From an uncultured delta proteobacterium (GTDB lineage Bacteria; Myxococcota; Myxococcia; Myxococcales; Myxococcaceae), in NCBI GenBank assembly GCA_963771175.1, contig CAVYSY010000033.1:160001-224000 (forward strand): a stretch of 64,000 nucleotides of DNA, given 5' to 3'. The position numbers and the translations under genes are program-made. This document shows positions 42,533-54,729 of this stretch, one piece after another (within the stretch, counting starts at the first letter, position 1; every line of letters starts with the position of its first letter). The notes under the pieces were generated by a model. That model made no database searches and had not been told where the DNA came from. It worked only from the letters and a program-made list of their open reading frames with translations.

Positions 42533-43515
42533 CCATGGCCGCTGAGACCAAGATCGCCCGCTGGAAGCTCGTCGTGGGTTACGGTGCGTTCTCGCTCGTG
42601 GCCCTCGTGCTGTGCCTGAGCCTCACCTTCCCGTACGACACGCTGCGCAAGCGCGCCGTGGACGCGGCGGCGGACGCGGGGTTCGCGCTGCGCATCGGCT
42701 CGCTGCGGCCTGGGCTGCGGGGGCTGACGGCCACCAACGTGCGCCTGAGCAAGGTGCCCAACGGGATGACGCCCGAGCTGCGGAGCATGCTCGCCAGCAG
42801 CACCTCCCTGCTGCCCGGCCCCGAGGAGCTGGGCGAGCCGCTCACCATCGACTCGGTGGCGCTGCGCCCGTCGCTGATGCCGCTGGGGGTGGCCTTCCAC
42901 CTCAACCTGATGGGCGGCAGCGTCAGCGGCAACATGGGCGGGATGAGCGACGTGCAGGTGGCGGTGAAGCTGGCGGACCTGGATCCCTCGAAGGGCAACC
43001 TCAAGGGCTTCAGCGGGGTGGACCTGACGGGCAAGTTGAACGGCTCGCTCAACCTCACCATGCCGAAGACCCGGGGCCAGCCGGACCTGAGCCAGGCCAA
43101 CGGGCAGCTCGCGCTGGACACGAAGGAGCTGCTCATCGCGGGCGGCAACGTCACCGTGCCCATGTACGGCCAGCCCACGCCGATGGACCTGCCCCGGATT
43201 GCCCTGGGTGACATCGACGCGCGCATCAAGATCGAGAAGGGGCTGGGCACCGTCGAGGCGCTGCAGGCCAAGAGCGAGGACCTGGAAGTGCGGGGCTCGG
43301 GCACGGTGAAACTGGGCCAGCGGCTGGACGTGAGCCAGCCGGACATGAACTTCAAGCTGCGCGCCGAGCCGGAGTTCGTGAAGCGCCTGGGCCTGCTGGG
43401 CGCGGGCCTGTCCATCCTCCCCGCGGACAAGGAGGACCCGAATTTCCGCGCGGCGCACCTGTCCGGCTTCTTCAACCGGCCCAACTTCGGTCCCGCGCGC
43501 CCGACCATGCGCTAG
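42529..43515 (+). CDS. gspN: Type II secretion protein N (deltaproteobacterial type)
   Basis: TM followed by TFPYD; beta-rich body; last gene of the gsp operon. Confidence 0.75.
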   Translation: MTMAAETKIARWKLVVGYGAFSLVALVLCLSLTFPYDTLRKRAVDAAADAGFALRIGSLRPGLRGLTATNVRLSKVPNGMTPELRSMLASSTSLLPGPEELGEPLTIDSVALRPSLMPLGVAFHLNLMGGSVSGNMGGMSDVQVAVKLADLDPSKGNLKGFSGVDLTGKLNGSLNLTMPKTRGQPDLSQANGQLALDTKELLIAGGNVTVPMYGQPTPMDLPRIALGDIDARIKIEKGLGTVEALQAKSEDLEVRGSGTVKLGQRLDVSQPDMNFKLRAEPEFVKRLGLLGAGLSILPADKEDPNFRAAHLSGFFNRPNFGPARPTMR

Positions 43516-43590
43516 CAGCGTGGGCTCCCCTCTCCCGCTCACCACGCTGGGCGCTCTTCCGCCCATGCGTGGCCAGTCAGCCGAGGAGTT

Positions 43591-45276
43591 TCAGGGGAGC
43601 AGCTGGATGTCGTCGACGTAGAGCGTGCCCTGGTCTCCGCCCGACTGATCCTGGATGTAGAGCGCCCGCAACGTGCCGGCGCTCACGCCGAGGCGGCTGA
43701 ACGGGATGACGAGCTGCTGCCAGGTGCCCGGCTGGACGGGGTGGCCCAGCGCCGCGTCCAGGCGGATCTCCCCGAGGGCGTTCGAGCCATCACCGAGCAG
43801 CACGCGCGCGATCTGCCCACCAGAGGTGCCGCCGTTCACCCAGAGCGACAGGGCCTTGTAGCGGCTGAGGTCCACGCCCGTGCTGCTGTGGAAGAAGAGG
43901 CTCTCCCAGCCGTCCGGCTCGAAGGAGATGGCCGACGTGCCCGCGTGCACGCTGCCCTGCGCATTCAGGTCGTGCGTCGCCCAGCTCCAGTCGTCGAACC
44001 CGGAGTCGAGGCCGTCCGTGTAGAGGGTGAAGGGCGGCGTCGCCGGAGGGGGCGTGCTGGCGTGCACCAGCCGGATGTCGTCGAAATACACCGTGCCCTG
44101 GTCCACGCCCGTGTCGTCCTGGAGGTAGATGCCGCGCACGGTGCCCGTGGACAGGCCCATGCTGCCGAGCGGCACGATGATCTGCTGCCACGTGTCCGCC
44201 AGGATGGGATGGCCCAGCACCGTGTCCAGCCGCACCGAGCCCAGGAGCAGCGAGCCATCGTAGAACGCCAGCCGCACGCCCTGGCCGCCCGAGGTACCGC
44301 CGTTCACCCACAGCTCGATGGCCGAGAACTGGCTCGCATCGAGACCCGAGGCGTGGTGCAGGAAGAGGGCGTTCCAGCCATCGAGCTCGGCGGAGATGGA
44401 CGTCAGGCCGCCGTGCACCACGGCGCGGTTGCCGAGATCGCGCGTGGCCCAGCTCCAGTCCGCGAAGCCATCGCCCGGGGCGTCGTCATAGACGGTCGCG
44501 TGGCCGGAGGTGTCTCCCGTCCATCCATCCATCAGCGCCACGCCCTGGGCGACGGTGACGGGCTGGAGGTTCTTCGTCTGGAGGTAGTCGAGGATCGCCT
44601 CGAAGTCGCCGAGGTTGAGCTCCGAGGACTGGGTGGGCGTGCCGGCCACGAACTGGTGGAAGGTGAGGATGAGCCAGCTTCCATCGGCCGCGGCACTGTC
44701 GATCCACCCGCGCACCGTGGCCACGCTGATGCCGCTGTGCACGTCATAGGACCTCAGTTGGAGGATGTTGGAGTCCTTGAAGTTCTGGCCGCCGTTCACC
44801 GTGCGGTGGCTGCCGTAATACGTCCGCGCGGTGGCCAGCACGCTCGCGTCGTAGGCCCCATAGGGCGAGGCGAACGAGGGCACCGCCTGCAGGCCGAACT
44901 GCGTCTTCAACCACGCCTGCGAGTCGCGCAGCTCGGTCTCCACCTCCGTGGCGGACAGGGTGGTGAGATCCCGGTGCGTCATCGTGTGGGCGCCGAGCTC
45001 GTTGCCCTCGTCGAGGAGCGTCTGCACCTGCGGCACCGACATGAAGCTGCCCCACCCGTTGCGGATGCCCTCGGTGACCAGGAAGTAGGTGGCGGGGATG
45101 CCGCGCGCATTGAGCGCCGGGCGCGCCGCCGTGAACTGCGAGGGCCAGCCATCATCCAACGTGATGCTCACCATGGCTCGCTGGAACGGAGTCGCCGCCC
45201 ACGCGGGCCCAGCTCCCACCAGCAGGGCCACCGCGAGTCCTTGCCACATCCGACGCAAAACCTTCAGTCCGTCCAT
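43591..45276 (-). CDS. Secreted polysaccharide deacetylase (CE4/NodB) with two tandem carbohydrate-binding-like beta-sandwich domains
   Basis: Signal peptide ending AWA; TLDDG, HTMTH, ASPYG, LTFH motifs; duplicated domain (DWSWAT...LWVNGGTSGGQ...LGHP...WQQ...DDI.L). Confidence 0.85.
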   Translation of the reverse strand: MDGLKVLRRMWQGLAVALLVGAGPAWAATPFQRAMVSITLDDGWPSQFTAARPALNARGIPATYFLVTEGIRNGWGSFMSVPQVQTLLDEGNELGAHTMTHRDLTTLSATEVETELRDSQAWLKTQFGLQAVPSFASPYGAYDASVLATARTYYGSHRTVNGGQNFKDSNILQLRSYDVHSGISVATVRGWIDSAAADGSWLILTFHQFVAGTPTQSSELNLGDFEAILDYLQTKNLQPVTVAQGVALMDGWTGDTSGHATVYDDAPGDGFADWSWATRDLGNRAVVHGGLTSISAELDGWNALFLHHASGLDASQFSAIELWVNGGTSGGQGVRLAFYDGSLLLGSVRLDTVLGHPILADTWQQIIVPLGSMGLSTGTVRGIYLQDDTGVDQGTVYFDDIRLVHASTPPPATPPFTLYTDGLDSGFDDWSWATHDLNAQGSVHAGTSAISFEPDGWESLFFHSSTGVDLSRYKALSLWVNGGTSGGQIARVLLGDGSNALGEIRLDAALGHPVQPGTWQQLVIPFSRLGVSAGTLRALYIQDQSGGDQGTLYVDDIQLLP

Positions 45277-45595
45277 GTGTCTCCCTCGTGATGAATGCTC
45301 CCCATCGCCAGAGAGCGCCTTCATCATAGAGAAGACAACGCAAGACCAAGAATACCTTAAATCCTTGAATTTTCCGAATAGGCCCCGTGAGCACAACGAG
45401 GGCCCTGAGCGGCGAACGACAGCAGAGCGTCCCGTACTCCTCCCCTCGGTTGAGGGACAGCCGACCTGGTCGGACTGCTGGAAGGCCGAGGTGTGCCAGC
45501 AGTTGCCCGTCTGCGCCCGGAAATCGGAGTGGCTTGCCCGGCAACCTTGGGTATGACACGCGTGGAAGCGCGATGAACCCAAAAGGACTGAACCC

Positions 45596-46279
45596 ATGAC
45601 TTCTTCCGCATCCCAGCACCTCCCGAAGGAGGGCGCTGAGCGCCCGAACCCAGCGGCCAACCCGGAGCCACGGAGTGACGCGCCGCGCTTCAGGGGAGCC
45701 CGCTCGGGGCTGCTGCGGCTCTGGCACTGGCTGACGGTGCTCGCGGTGACGGGGCTCGCCGCCACGTGGCTGTTGCGCAAGACCTTCCTGAACTACAGGG
45801 AGAACGCGCTCCTCCTCCAGCAGAAGCTCCAGGAGTACGGCATCTCCCTGGATGACGAGAAGGCCCGCGCCCTGGCCCGGGCGCTGCGCGAGGGGATGTG
45901 GCAGTGGCACTACAACTTCGGCTTCCTGCTGGCGACACTGCTGGTGCTGCGCTTCGTGGTGCGTGAGCCCCTGCCGTTCCGAGCGCGGAAGGGTGGCTCC
46001 TGGGAGTACCGAGGCGCGAAGGTGCTCCAGGCCCTCTTCTACGTCGTCATCTGCGGCATGGCCATGAGTGGCCTCGTCATCTACTTCAAGGAAGCGCTGG
46101 GGCTGGGCCAGGAGCTGACCGGCTTGCTCAAGGAGGCGCACGAGTGGGCCGCCTGGTACATCGTCGTGTACGCGGTGGCGCACGTCGGGGGCGTCATCCG
46201 GGCGGAGCTCACCCATTCCTCCGGACTGGTCTCGGACATGATTGGCCGGGGGCCCACGACGGGGAACGGCCCGGAGTGA
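45596..46279 (+). CDS. Cytochrome b561/Ni-hydrogenase-type cytochrome b
   Basis: RLWHW, WQWHY.FG, HEW, AHVGGV heme-ligand His residues in four TM helices; LVSDMI. Confidence 0.82.
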   Translation: MTSSASQHLPKEGAERPNPAANPEPRSDAPRFRGARSGLLRLWHWLTVLAVTGLAATWLLRKTFLNYRENALLLQQKLQEYGISLDDEKARALARALREGMWQWHYNFGFLLATLLVLRFVVREPLPFRARKGGSWEYRGAKVLQALFYVVICGMAMSGLVIYFKEALGLGQELTGLLKEAHEWAAWYIVVYAVAHVGGVIRAELTHSSGLVSDMIGRGPTTGNGPE

Positions 46280-46397
46280 GGGAAGAGAGCCGGCGGGCGC
46301 ACGGCGGGCAGGCGGAGGGGCGATGGGGGGAGCCTGGGTCCGTGCGCGTGGCGCAGCACCCAGGCAACTTCACGCCCCATCTCACAACCCTGCCCGC

Positions 46398-47528
46398 CTA
46401 GAAGACCAGCACGCGCAGGCCGAGCTCGAGCTCGCCGCCCAGCTTCTTGCCGGTGAGGACGTTGCCGCGCAGGCCGAGTTCCATCGGGACGCCCGCCCGG
46501 AAGCGGAATCCAATGCCGGCGCCGGCCGAGAACGGGCTGCGATCCACGAGGAAGCCCAGTTGATCCTTCGTGGCGGTGAAGAAGGAGAGCCGTCCCGCTA
46601 CGAGCGCGTACACCGCGGAGTCCTGGAAGCGCACCAGCCGGTACCGCCCTCCGAGGTCGAAATAGTACTGCCCGAGCCACCTGTAGAATGGCCAGCTCGC
46701 GTCGGGGGTGCCGAGCACCCGGAGCGACGTGCCACCCACCGCGAGGCTCAGCTCGAAGGGATTCGCGAGCCGCACCGCGACGCTGGCCTCGTACCGCAAC
46801 GTCGCCATCGAGCCAGGCGTACCCGGGCCGTACGCCGCCGAGCCGCCGACGAGCAGGTTCCACCGCTTCCGCGAGCCGCGCTCCGCGGGGGGCGGCGTGC
46901 CCTCCGCATCAGCCACCACCGGCTCGTTCGAGCCACTCGTCACCTCACCCGGGCCGGACGCCGCCGTGGCCGGCGACTCCGCGGCGAACGCCTGGGCGAC
47001 CGCGTCGCTCGAAGCAGTCGCGCTGGTGGCGCTGGGAGTGGTGGCCCCGGTGAGGTCCAACCCCAGGCCTTCGGTCGCCATCGGCTGCGACGCTGGCTGC
47101 GACTCTGGCTGCGGCTCTGGCTGCGACTGCGGCTCGGCGGCCACGGTCAGCATGCGCGGGTCGGAAGCCATCCGCCGCGGGCCCGTCACCCGCCAGTAGT
47201 ACGTGCCGGGCTCGAGAGAGATCGCCGCATAGCGCCCTTTCACCGGGCGGTCGAAGACGGTGTCGGTGAACTGATCGTCGCGCGCGACCTCGAGGCGCAC
47301 GAGCTTCGCCACCACCCGCCACTTGAAGACGACCTTGCCCGGCTCGAGCTCGGCGTCCTCCGCGGGCGCGAGCAGTTGCGGCTGGGCACCCTTGCGGGCC
47401 TTGGCCTTGCTGGCCGAGCTACCGCCCCGTGCACCCCTGGCGGCCCAGGCACTCGGTCCCGGCATGCAGAGCCCGAGCACCAGAGAGAGAGACAGCACCG
47501 CACCCCAACGTGAAGGTCGAAAGTTCAT
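46398..47528 (-). CDS. Exported protein: small Ig/FN3-like domain, Pro/Ala linker and C-terminal outer-membrane beta-barrel
   Basis: Signal peptide; LEVARDDQF..GTYYWRV motif; alternating amphipathic strands; terminal Phe. Confidence 0.6.
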   Translation of the reverse strand: MNFRPSRWGAVLSLSLVLGLCMPGPSAWAARGARGGSSASKAKARKGAQPQLLAPAEDAELEPGKVVFKWRVVAKLVRLEVARDDQFTDTVFDRPVKGRYAAISLEPGTYYWRVTGPRRMASDPRMLTVAAEPQSQPEPQPESQPASQPMATEGLGLDLTGATTPSATSATASSDAVAQAFAAESPATAASGPGEVTSGSNEPVVADAEGTPPPAERGSRKRWNLLVGGSAAYGPGTPGSMATLRYEASVAVRLANPFELSLAVGGTSLRVLGTPDASWPFYRWLGQYYFDLGGRYRLVRFQDSAVYALVAGRLSFFTATKDQLGFLVDRSPFSAGAGIGFRFRAGVPMELGLRGNVLTGKKLGGELELGLRVLVF

Positions 47529-47892
47529 CACACCGGGGATTGTAGAGCCCGATAGGAAGAAGGAAAGAGAGCGAAGTCCACCCGGCGGACGGATCAAGCC
47601 CTACGCAGCGTGATGACGGCGAGCTCCGCCGGAGCGCCCAGTCGCGAGGGCGGCCCGGTGGTGCCGGCGCCCCGGTTCAACCTGAAGCTCGCAGAGGAGA
47701 GCTCAAAGGATTGCTCACCTGGCGTGCCCCCCGGTTCGAGTGGCGCAATTGAAGGGTCCGGGCTCGAACTCCACCGGGAAGGGAACGTTTCGGGTCGGGC
47801 AATGCGGCACTACCCCGGTAATCACCCTTGGCGGTTGCGTGGCGGACACCCCACGGGTTAGGAGTGTCCCTCGACTCTTGTAGGAGGGCTCG

Positions 47893-49538
<1,646 letters not shown>

Positions 49539-49678
49539 GGCTCCCGGAGCCGCTCCGTCCACTCCTCGACACCCGCGGGTCCCAACCCGGACGCGCGGGC
49601 GGGGCGATTAGAACCTTTTTAAGGCCCGTGCGTTCCAGCTTTCAGGCACCCGATGAGGGTGTCCAGGAGGCCTACACC

Positions 49679-50188
49679 ATGGATGCCGCGGCCATCGCCC
49701 TTCCTCCCTTCGCCGAGCTGTACCGCCAGTACCGCACACGGGCACTGGCCATCGCACGTCGCATCGTGGGCGACGCGGATGAAGCGGAGGATGTGGTCCA
49801 GGACGTCTTCACCCGGCTCGCCCAACGCCCCGGCGGCTTCGATGGCCGCTCGTCGTGCTCCACGTGGTTGCACCGTGTGATGGTGAACAGCAGCATCAAC
49901 TGGCTGCGAGCGCGCAGGCGCCGCGAGCGGCTGCAGCACGAGCCCGAGGCCCCGGCCTCGCCGGAGAGTCAGGCCGAGGGCACCGAGATGCAGCGCCACT
50001 TCGAGGAGGCGCTGCAGAAGGTGAGTGAGCAGCAGCGCCAGGTGCTGTGGCTGCGGGAGATGCGCGGCTACAGCTACCCGGAGATCGCCGCCATGCTGCG
50101 CATCCCCGAGGGCACGGTGAAGAGCGCCCTGCACCGGGGCCGCCAGCGCGCCCAGGCCGTCATGGAGGAGCGCGGCCAGGAGCTGTGA
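49679..50188 (+). CDS. ECF sigma-70 family RNA polymerase sigma factor
   Basis: [48 protein letters not shown]. Confidence 0.92.
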   Translation: MDAAAIALPPFAELYRQYRTRALAIARRIVGDADEAEDVVQDVFTRLAQRPGGFDGRSSCSTWLHRVMVNSSINWLRARRRRERLQHEPEAPASPESQAEGTEMQRHFEEALQKVSEQQRQVLWLREMRGYSYPEIAAMLRIPEGTVKSALHRGRQRAQAVMEERGQEL

Positions 50189-50199
50189 GTCCCGTGGGG

Positions 50200-50866
50200 T
50201 CAGTCCTCGGTCTTCGACCCCACGAAGTAGTCATCCTTGTCGCGGAACAGGATGTTGAAGCTGGTGAGCGAGCCGTAGATGCGGGTGATGTAGCTCTGCA
50301 TCTCGACCTTCTCGGCGTCCGTCAGCTTCGGAGTGCGCGTTGAGCTTCTGCTCCATCACCCGCACCTTGTCCCGCACCATGACGATCTTGTGGAAGAAGG
50401 TGTCGATGGGGATGTCCTTCCCCTGCACGTCCGCCTTCCCGGGCACCAGCTTCAGCGTGCCGCCCTCCCACTTGTTCGCCAGCGGCGCCTCACCGCCCTC
50501 GCCCACCGCCTCCCGGATCAGCTCCATCAACTCCGCGCGCGTCATGTTCAGCTCCAGCCCTTCCAGGTCCACCACTTCGTTCGGGTCTCGCTCCCTCCGC
50601 CGCACCACCGGGGCCACGCTGCGCGCCGACCGCTCGCGCCGCGCCGCCTCCTCCGTCGCCTTGGCCGCCACGCCCCGCGGATGGAACTTGTTGCAGAGGG
50701 GCGCCGAGGGGGGGAACAACCCCCGCTCCGCCTGCAGCCGGCACACGCCCACCCAGCCCCGATGATCCACCGAGTGCGCCGCCCACAGCTTGCAGTTGCC
50801 GCACACCCGCTCGTCCGGTGCGAAGACCGGGAGGGGCGGAGGCCCGCTCTGGGCTGAGTCCGACAT
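50200..50866 (-). CDS. Conserved hypothetical protein with N-terminal Cys-rich motif; one frameshift near 50335
   Basis: CGNC...C...C N-terminus; KWEGG..., FFHKIVMVRD..RVMEQKLN, continuing in another frame as YITRIYGSLTSFNILF. Confidence 0.65.
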
Positions 50867-53037
50867 CAGCGACGCTCCTGGGCCTGGGCCCCTTGCGGAC
50901 GCCCAGCTCGCGCAGCAGCCCGTCGGCGTCCTCGACCTGATCCAACAGCCACAGCACGTAGCGCACGTCCACGTTGACGTTGCGTGCCACGTCCGGGTTG
51001 TAGCCGAAGTCGTTCGACACGTTCTCCCACACGCGGTCGAAGTTCACGCCCACGAGCTGGCCCTTGCCGTTCACCGTCGGGCTGCCCGAGTTGCCGCCCG
51101 TGGTGTCCGCGTCCGCGAGGAAGTTGACCGGCACGTCCTTCAGCCGCTGGTCCAGCCACGGCCCGTAGCGCTTCGCCTTGGCCGCCGCGGCCACCTTCTC
51201 CGGCACGTCGAAGGGCTCCTGGCCCGTGTGCTTCTCCATCACGCCCGCCAGCGTCGTCTGCGGCGTGTAGAAGGCGCCGTCCCGAGGCGCATAGCCCTTC
51301 ACCTTGGCGAAGGTCACCCGCAGCGTGCTGTTGGCGTCCGGCGCCACCGGCTTGCCCGCGTGCGCCAGCACCGCCCGGCGCCACTCGGGCATCAGTCGCA
51401 CGCTCGCCCCGGCCCGCCGGTCGCGCAGCTCGTCCAGCGCCACCACCTCCGCCGTCAGGTCGAAGCCGAAGTCCAGCAGCGGATCCTTCCGCGCCCGGAG
51501 CTGCGCCTCCGTCTCGCCGGACATCTTCTGCCGCTCCGCCAGGTCCATCAGCTTCGAGGCGGCATAGAGGGCGTCGATCTTCGCGGACACGTCCTTCTCC
51601 GCGGGCGTGCTGCCGAAGTGCCTGTCGATGGCCGCGATGCGCTCCCCCTCGCCGAGCGCCTGCGCCCGCCGCACCAGCGCCAGGAGCATCCGCTTGTCCG
51701 CCGGCGCGAAGAAGTTCTTCTGCTCGCGCTCCAGCTTGTCCTTGAGCCGGGGCAGCTCGCGCTCCATGTACTCGGGCCTGCGCTCGAGGTCCGGCTTCGC
51801 GCGTTCCTGCGACAGGCGCGCCACCGTCACGGCCAGCGCCGGTGCCTTCACCACCCCACGCACCGAGTCGAGCAGGAACTCGCGCTCGGACGTCCTCGTC
51901 TTCTCGGCCTGCAGGGATAGCAGCTCCGCGCGGGCCTTCAGCGCGCCCTGGTACTCCTTGCGCTTCTCCGCCCAGGCCACCACCGTCGCCTCGGCCTGCG
52001 CGCTGCTTCTCCACGAGGTGCCCGCGCTTGAGCCCCGCGAGCTGCCCGCCCGAGTTCTTGTAGCGGTTGTGCAGGCCCTTGAGATGAGAGGCCACGGCGA
52101 TCTTCCCGGCCGGGTCCTTCGCGCCCTCCTCCTCGAGGATGCGGATGAGCTCGCCGTACACGTCGACGACGCGCGGGTAGTAGCGCGCCTGCCGCTCGGC
52201 CATGTCATCCGCCAGCAGCGCGCGGAAGGTGGTGCCGGGGTAGCCCAGCACCATCACGAAGTCGTCCGGCTTCACGCCCTCGGTGGCCAGCGGGAAGAAG
52301 AACTCCGCCTTGTAGGGCACGTTCTGCGCGCTGTACTGCGCCGCCGAGCCGTCCGGCGCCGTGTAGGCGCGGATGATGGAGAAGTCGCCGGTGTGGCGCG
52401 GCCACATCCAGTTGTCCTCCTCGCCGCCGTACTCGCCCACCGCGCGCGGCGGCGCGTACACCAGCCGCACGTCCGCCAGCTCCACCGAGTCGCTCAGCAT
52501 GTACTGCAGGCCGCCGTCGAAGCCGGCCACCTTGCAGCGCGTGGCCGGGCGCTTCTCGCACTCGGCGACCAGCTCCTTCTCCTTGCGCTCCAGCGCCTTC
52601 TGCCGCGTGAGGTCGTCCGCTCCCACCGGCACCGCCGCCAGCATCTCCTTCGTCACGTCCGTGAAGCTGCGCGGCACCTGGATGCGCGCACCCTTGCCCG
52701 GCAGCTCCTCCTCGCGGCTCTTCGCCAGGAAACCCTGGGTGATGAGGTCCTTCTGCGGCGTGCTGTGCTCCTGGATGATGCCGAAGACACAGTGGTGGTT
52801 GGTGATGATCAGGCCGGACTCGGAGATGAAGGCGCCCGAGCAGCCGCCGATGTTCACCGTGCCCGCCAGCAGGCCAGTCCCCCGCTTGGGATCCCACAAC
52901 CTCTTGGGCGACACCTGGAGGCCCTGGGCCTTCAGCCACGCCGGGTCGAGCTCGAGGACCTGCTGGGGGGTCCACTTCCCTTCCCCAGCCAGCGCCGGGG
53001 CAGCCACGAGTGAAAGGAGCAGGAGCGTCTTCTTCAT
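50866..53037 (-). CDS. S46 family dipeptidyl peptidase (DPP7-like), frameshift near 52000
   Basis: Signal peptide; EGKW, GGCSGAFIS, ITNHHC, NWMWPRHTGDF, PDANSTLRVT, DTTGGNSGSP, GVNFDR. Confidence 0.92.
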   Translation of the reverse strand: MKKTLLLLSLVAAPALAGEGKWTPQQVLELDPAWLKAQGLQVSPKRLWDPKRGTGLLAGTVNIGGCSGAFISESGLIITNHHCVFGIIQEHSTPQKDLITQGFLAKSREEELPGKGARIQVPRSFTDVTKEMLAAVPVGADDLTRQKALERKEKELVAECEKRPATRCKVAGFDGGLQYMLSDSVELADVRLVYAPPRAVGEYGGEEDNWMWPRHTGDFSIIRAYTAPDGSAAQYSAQNVPYKAEFFFPLATEGVKPDDFVMVLGYPGTTFRALLADDMAERQARYYPRVVDVYGELIRILEEEGAKDPAGKIAVASHLKGLHNRYKNSGGQLAGLKRGHLVEKQRAGRGDGGGLGGEAQGVPGRAEGPRGAAIPAGREDEDVRARVPARLGAWGGEGTGAGRDGGAPVAGTREAGPRAQARVHGARAAPAQGQAGARAEELLRAGGQADAPGAGAAGAGARRGGAHRGHRQALRQHARGEGRVREDRRPLCRLEADGPGGAAEDVRRDGGAAPGAEGSAAGLRLRPDGGGGGAGRAARPAGRGERATDARVAPGGAGARGQAGGAGRQQHAAGDLRQGEGLCASGRRLLHAADDAGGRDGEAHGPGALRRAGEGGRGGQGEALRAVAGPAAEGRAGQLPRGRGHHGRQLGQPDGERQGPARGRELRPRVGERVERLRLQPGRGTQRQRGRALRAVAVGSGRGRRRAAARAGRPQGAQAQERR

Positions 53038-53226
53038 CGTGCCCCCTCCCTATCTCGTCTTGGCTCCGCTGGCGACGGTCTCGGGCGAAGGGAGCCCGGA
53101 GAGGGGGGCACATCACCTCACCCCCGCCCTCGTCCAGGGGCTAACGCCCGCTTCCCCTGCCGCCGGCCCGGGGAGCGCGAGGAGCCTCGCGGAACAACCC
53201 CTGGGAGTCCGTGTTGAGGGCCCAAA

Positions 53227-53955
53227 ATGCAGACCTCGAGCGGCGCAAAGCTGAACTTCGGCCGGGTGGCCCTCCTCCTCGTACTCCTGGGCGCGGGTTG
53301 GTTCTTCTGGGACTCGCCTGCCCTGTGGCCCCTCAAGCTGCTGGTGGTGATGATGCACGAGAGTGGTCATGCACTCGCCACCCTGGTGGCCGGGGGCGCG
53401 GTGGAACGGATCACCCTCGCCGCTCTCGAGTCCGGCGCGTGCCTGTCCCGCATGCCCTCCAGCCTGACGGCCCAGGTGGCGGTCTCCTCCGCTGGCTACC
53501 TGGGCAGCGCGCTCGCCGGGGCCTTCCTGCTGCTGGCCACCTTCCGCTTCCGGCTGCGCCGCTGGGTGCTCGCCGCGGCGTGCGTGGGGCTCGCGGTGAT
53601 GGGCGTCCTCTATGCCGGCGACGGCTTCACCCTGGTCTTCTGCATGGGCACCGCGCTCGCGCTGGGGCTCGCGGCGAAGTACCTGCCGGATGGCGGCGTG
53701 GACATGCTCAACCTCTTCCTCGCCGCCTTCACCGCCCTCTACGTAGCGTTCGATCTACGCTCGGACCTGTGGCACGGCTCCGTCAGCGACGCAGCCGTGC
53801 TCGCCCACCTCACCCCCGTGCCCACCTGGGGCTGGGCCGCGCTCTGGACCTTCGTCTCGCTCGCGCTGCTCGGCCTCTTCACCCGGTGGTCGCTGCGCGC
53901 CGCGCGCCCGGAGAACATGGGGTATGGGCCTCAGCGCCTCGGACGCATCCGGTAA
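53227..53955 (+). CDS. M50B-like membrane zinc metallopeptidase
   Basis: HESGH in a TM context, SAGYLGS, SDA motif. Confidence 0.85.
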   Translation: MQTSSGAKLNFGRVALLLVLLGAGWFFWDSPALWPLKLLVVMMHESGHALATLVAGGAVERITLAALESGACLSRMPSSLTAQVAVSSAGYLGSALAGAFLLLATFRFRLRRWVLAAACVGLAVMGVLYAGDGFTLVFCMGTALALGLAAKYLPDGGVDMLNLFLAAFTALYVAFDLRSDLWHGSVSDAAVLAHLTPVPTWGWAALWTFVSLALLGLFTRWSLRAARPENMGYGPQRLGRIR

Positions 53956-54596
53956 GCCACGAAGGCGGCCACGTCCGGGAAGGCGAAGTACGGGTTGTGC
54001 TGGCGCACGTCGCCCAGGGCGGCCACCGGCACGTCCGCGTAGTCGTGCCCCGGGAAGAGCCGCGTGCTGTCCGGCACCTTCAGCAGCACCTGCGACAGCG
54101 AGCGGTACAGCTCCTCCGGGTTCCCCCCGCGCAAATCGCACCGGCCGCAGCCGTTGATGAAGACGGTGTCGCCCGATACCAGCGCGTCCTCCGCCAGCAG
54201 ACAGTGCGAGCCCGGAGTGTGCCCCGGGGTGTGCAGCGCCCGGAAGCCGCGCCCGCCCACGGTGAGGCTGTCGCCCGGCCCCAGTGGACGCAGCGCCCCG
54301 CCCGCCAGCGCACGCAGGTCCGCCGAGAAGTCCACCTCCTCGCGCTGCGCGTACACCGGCACGTCGTGGCGCGAGAGCAGTTCCGGCAGTCCGTTGGTGT
54401 GGTCGCCGTGGCAGTGAGAGATGAAGGCACCCACCAGGCGCTTGCCATCCTCCCCGAGGGCCTTCTCGATGGCGGGCACGTCCCAGGCCGGGTCCACCAC
54501 CAGGACCTCCGGCGAGTCCTTCGGGCCCACCAGGTACACGAAGTTGTCCATCGGCCCGAGCTTGAGCTGGCGCACATACAGAGCTTCCATCGTCAT
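53931..54596 (-). CDS. MBL-fold metallo-hydrolase (glyoxalase II-like)
   Basis: DNFVYLV, SHCHGDH, HTPGHTPGS, GDTVFINGCGR, FPGHDY. Confidence 0.9.
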   Translation of the reverse strand: MTMEALYVRQLKLGPMDNFVYLVGPKDSPEVLVVDPAWDVPAIEKALGEDGKRLVGAFISHCHGDHTNGLPELLSRHDVPVYAQREEVDFSADLRALAGGALRPLGPGDSLTVGGRGFRALHTPGHTPGSHCLLAEDALVSGDTVFINGCGRCDLRGGNPEELYRSLSQVLLKVPDSTRLFPGHDYADVPVAALGDVRQHNPYFAFPDVAAFVAYRMRPRR

Positions 54597-54729
54597 CCTC
54601 CTGGCGGGGCTCCGCCCTACGGCGTCCGACCCCACTCTACGATTCCCGTGCCGGCCGGGCGCGGCTCTTGAGGAGAAACACCGCTTCGCATTTGAATGCG
54701 GACCCTTTCTCCCGCCGAGGAGTCCCCAC

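Noticed and set aside
53931..53955. 25-nt convergent overlap of the M50 peptidase and MBL hydrolase genes as a functional antisense system
   Set aside because: Short 3' overlaps are common in compact GC-rich genomes, and there is no further evidence.
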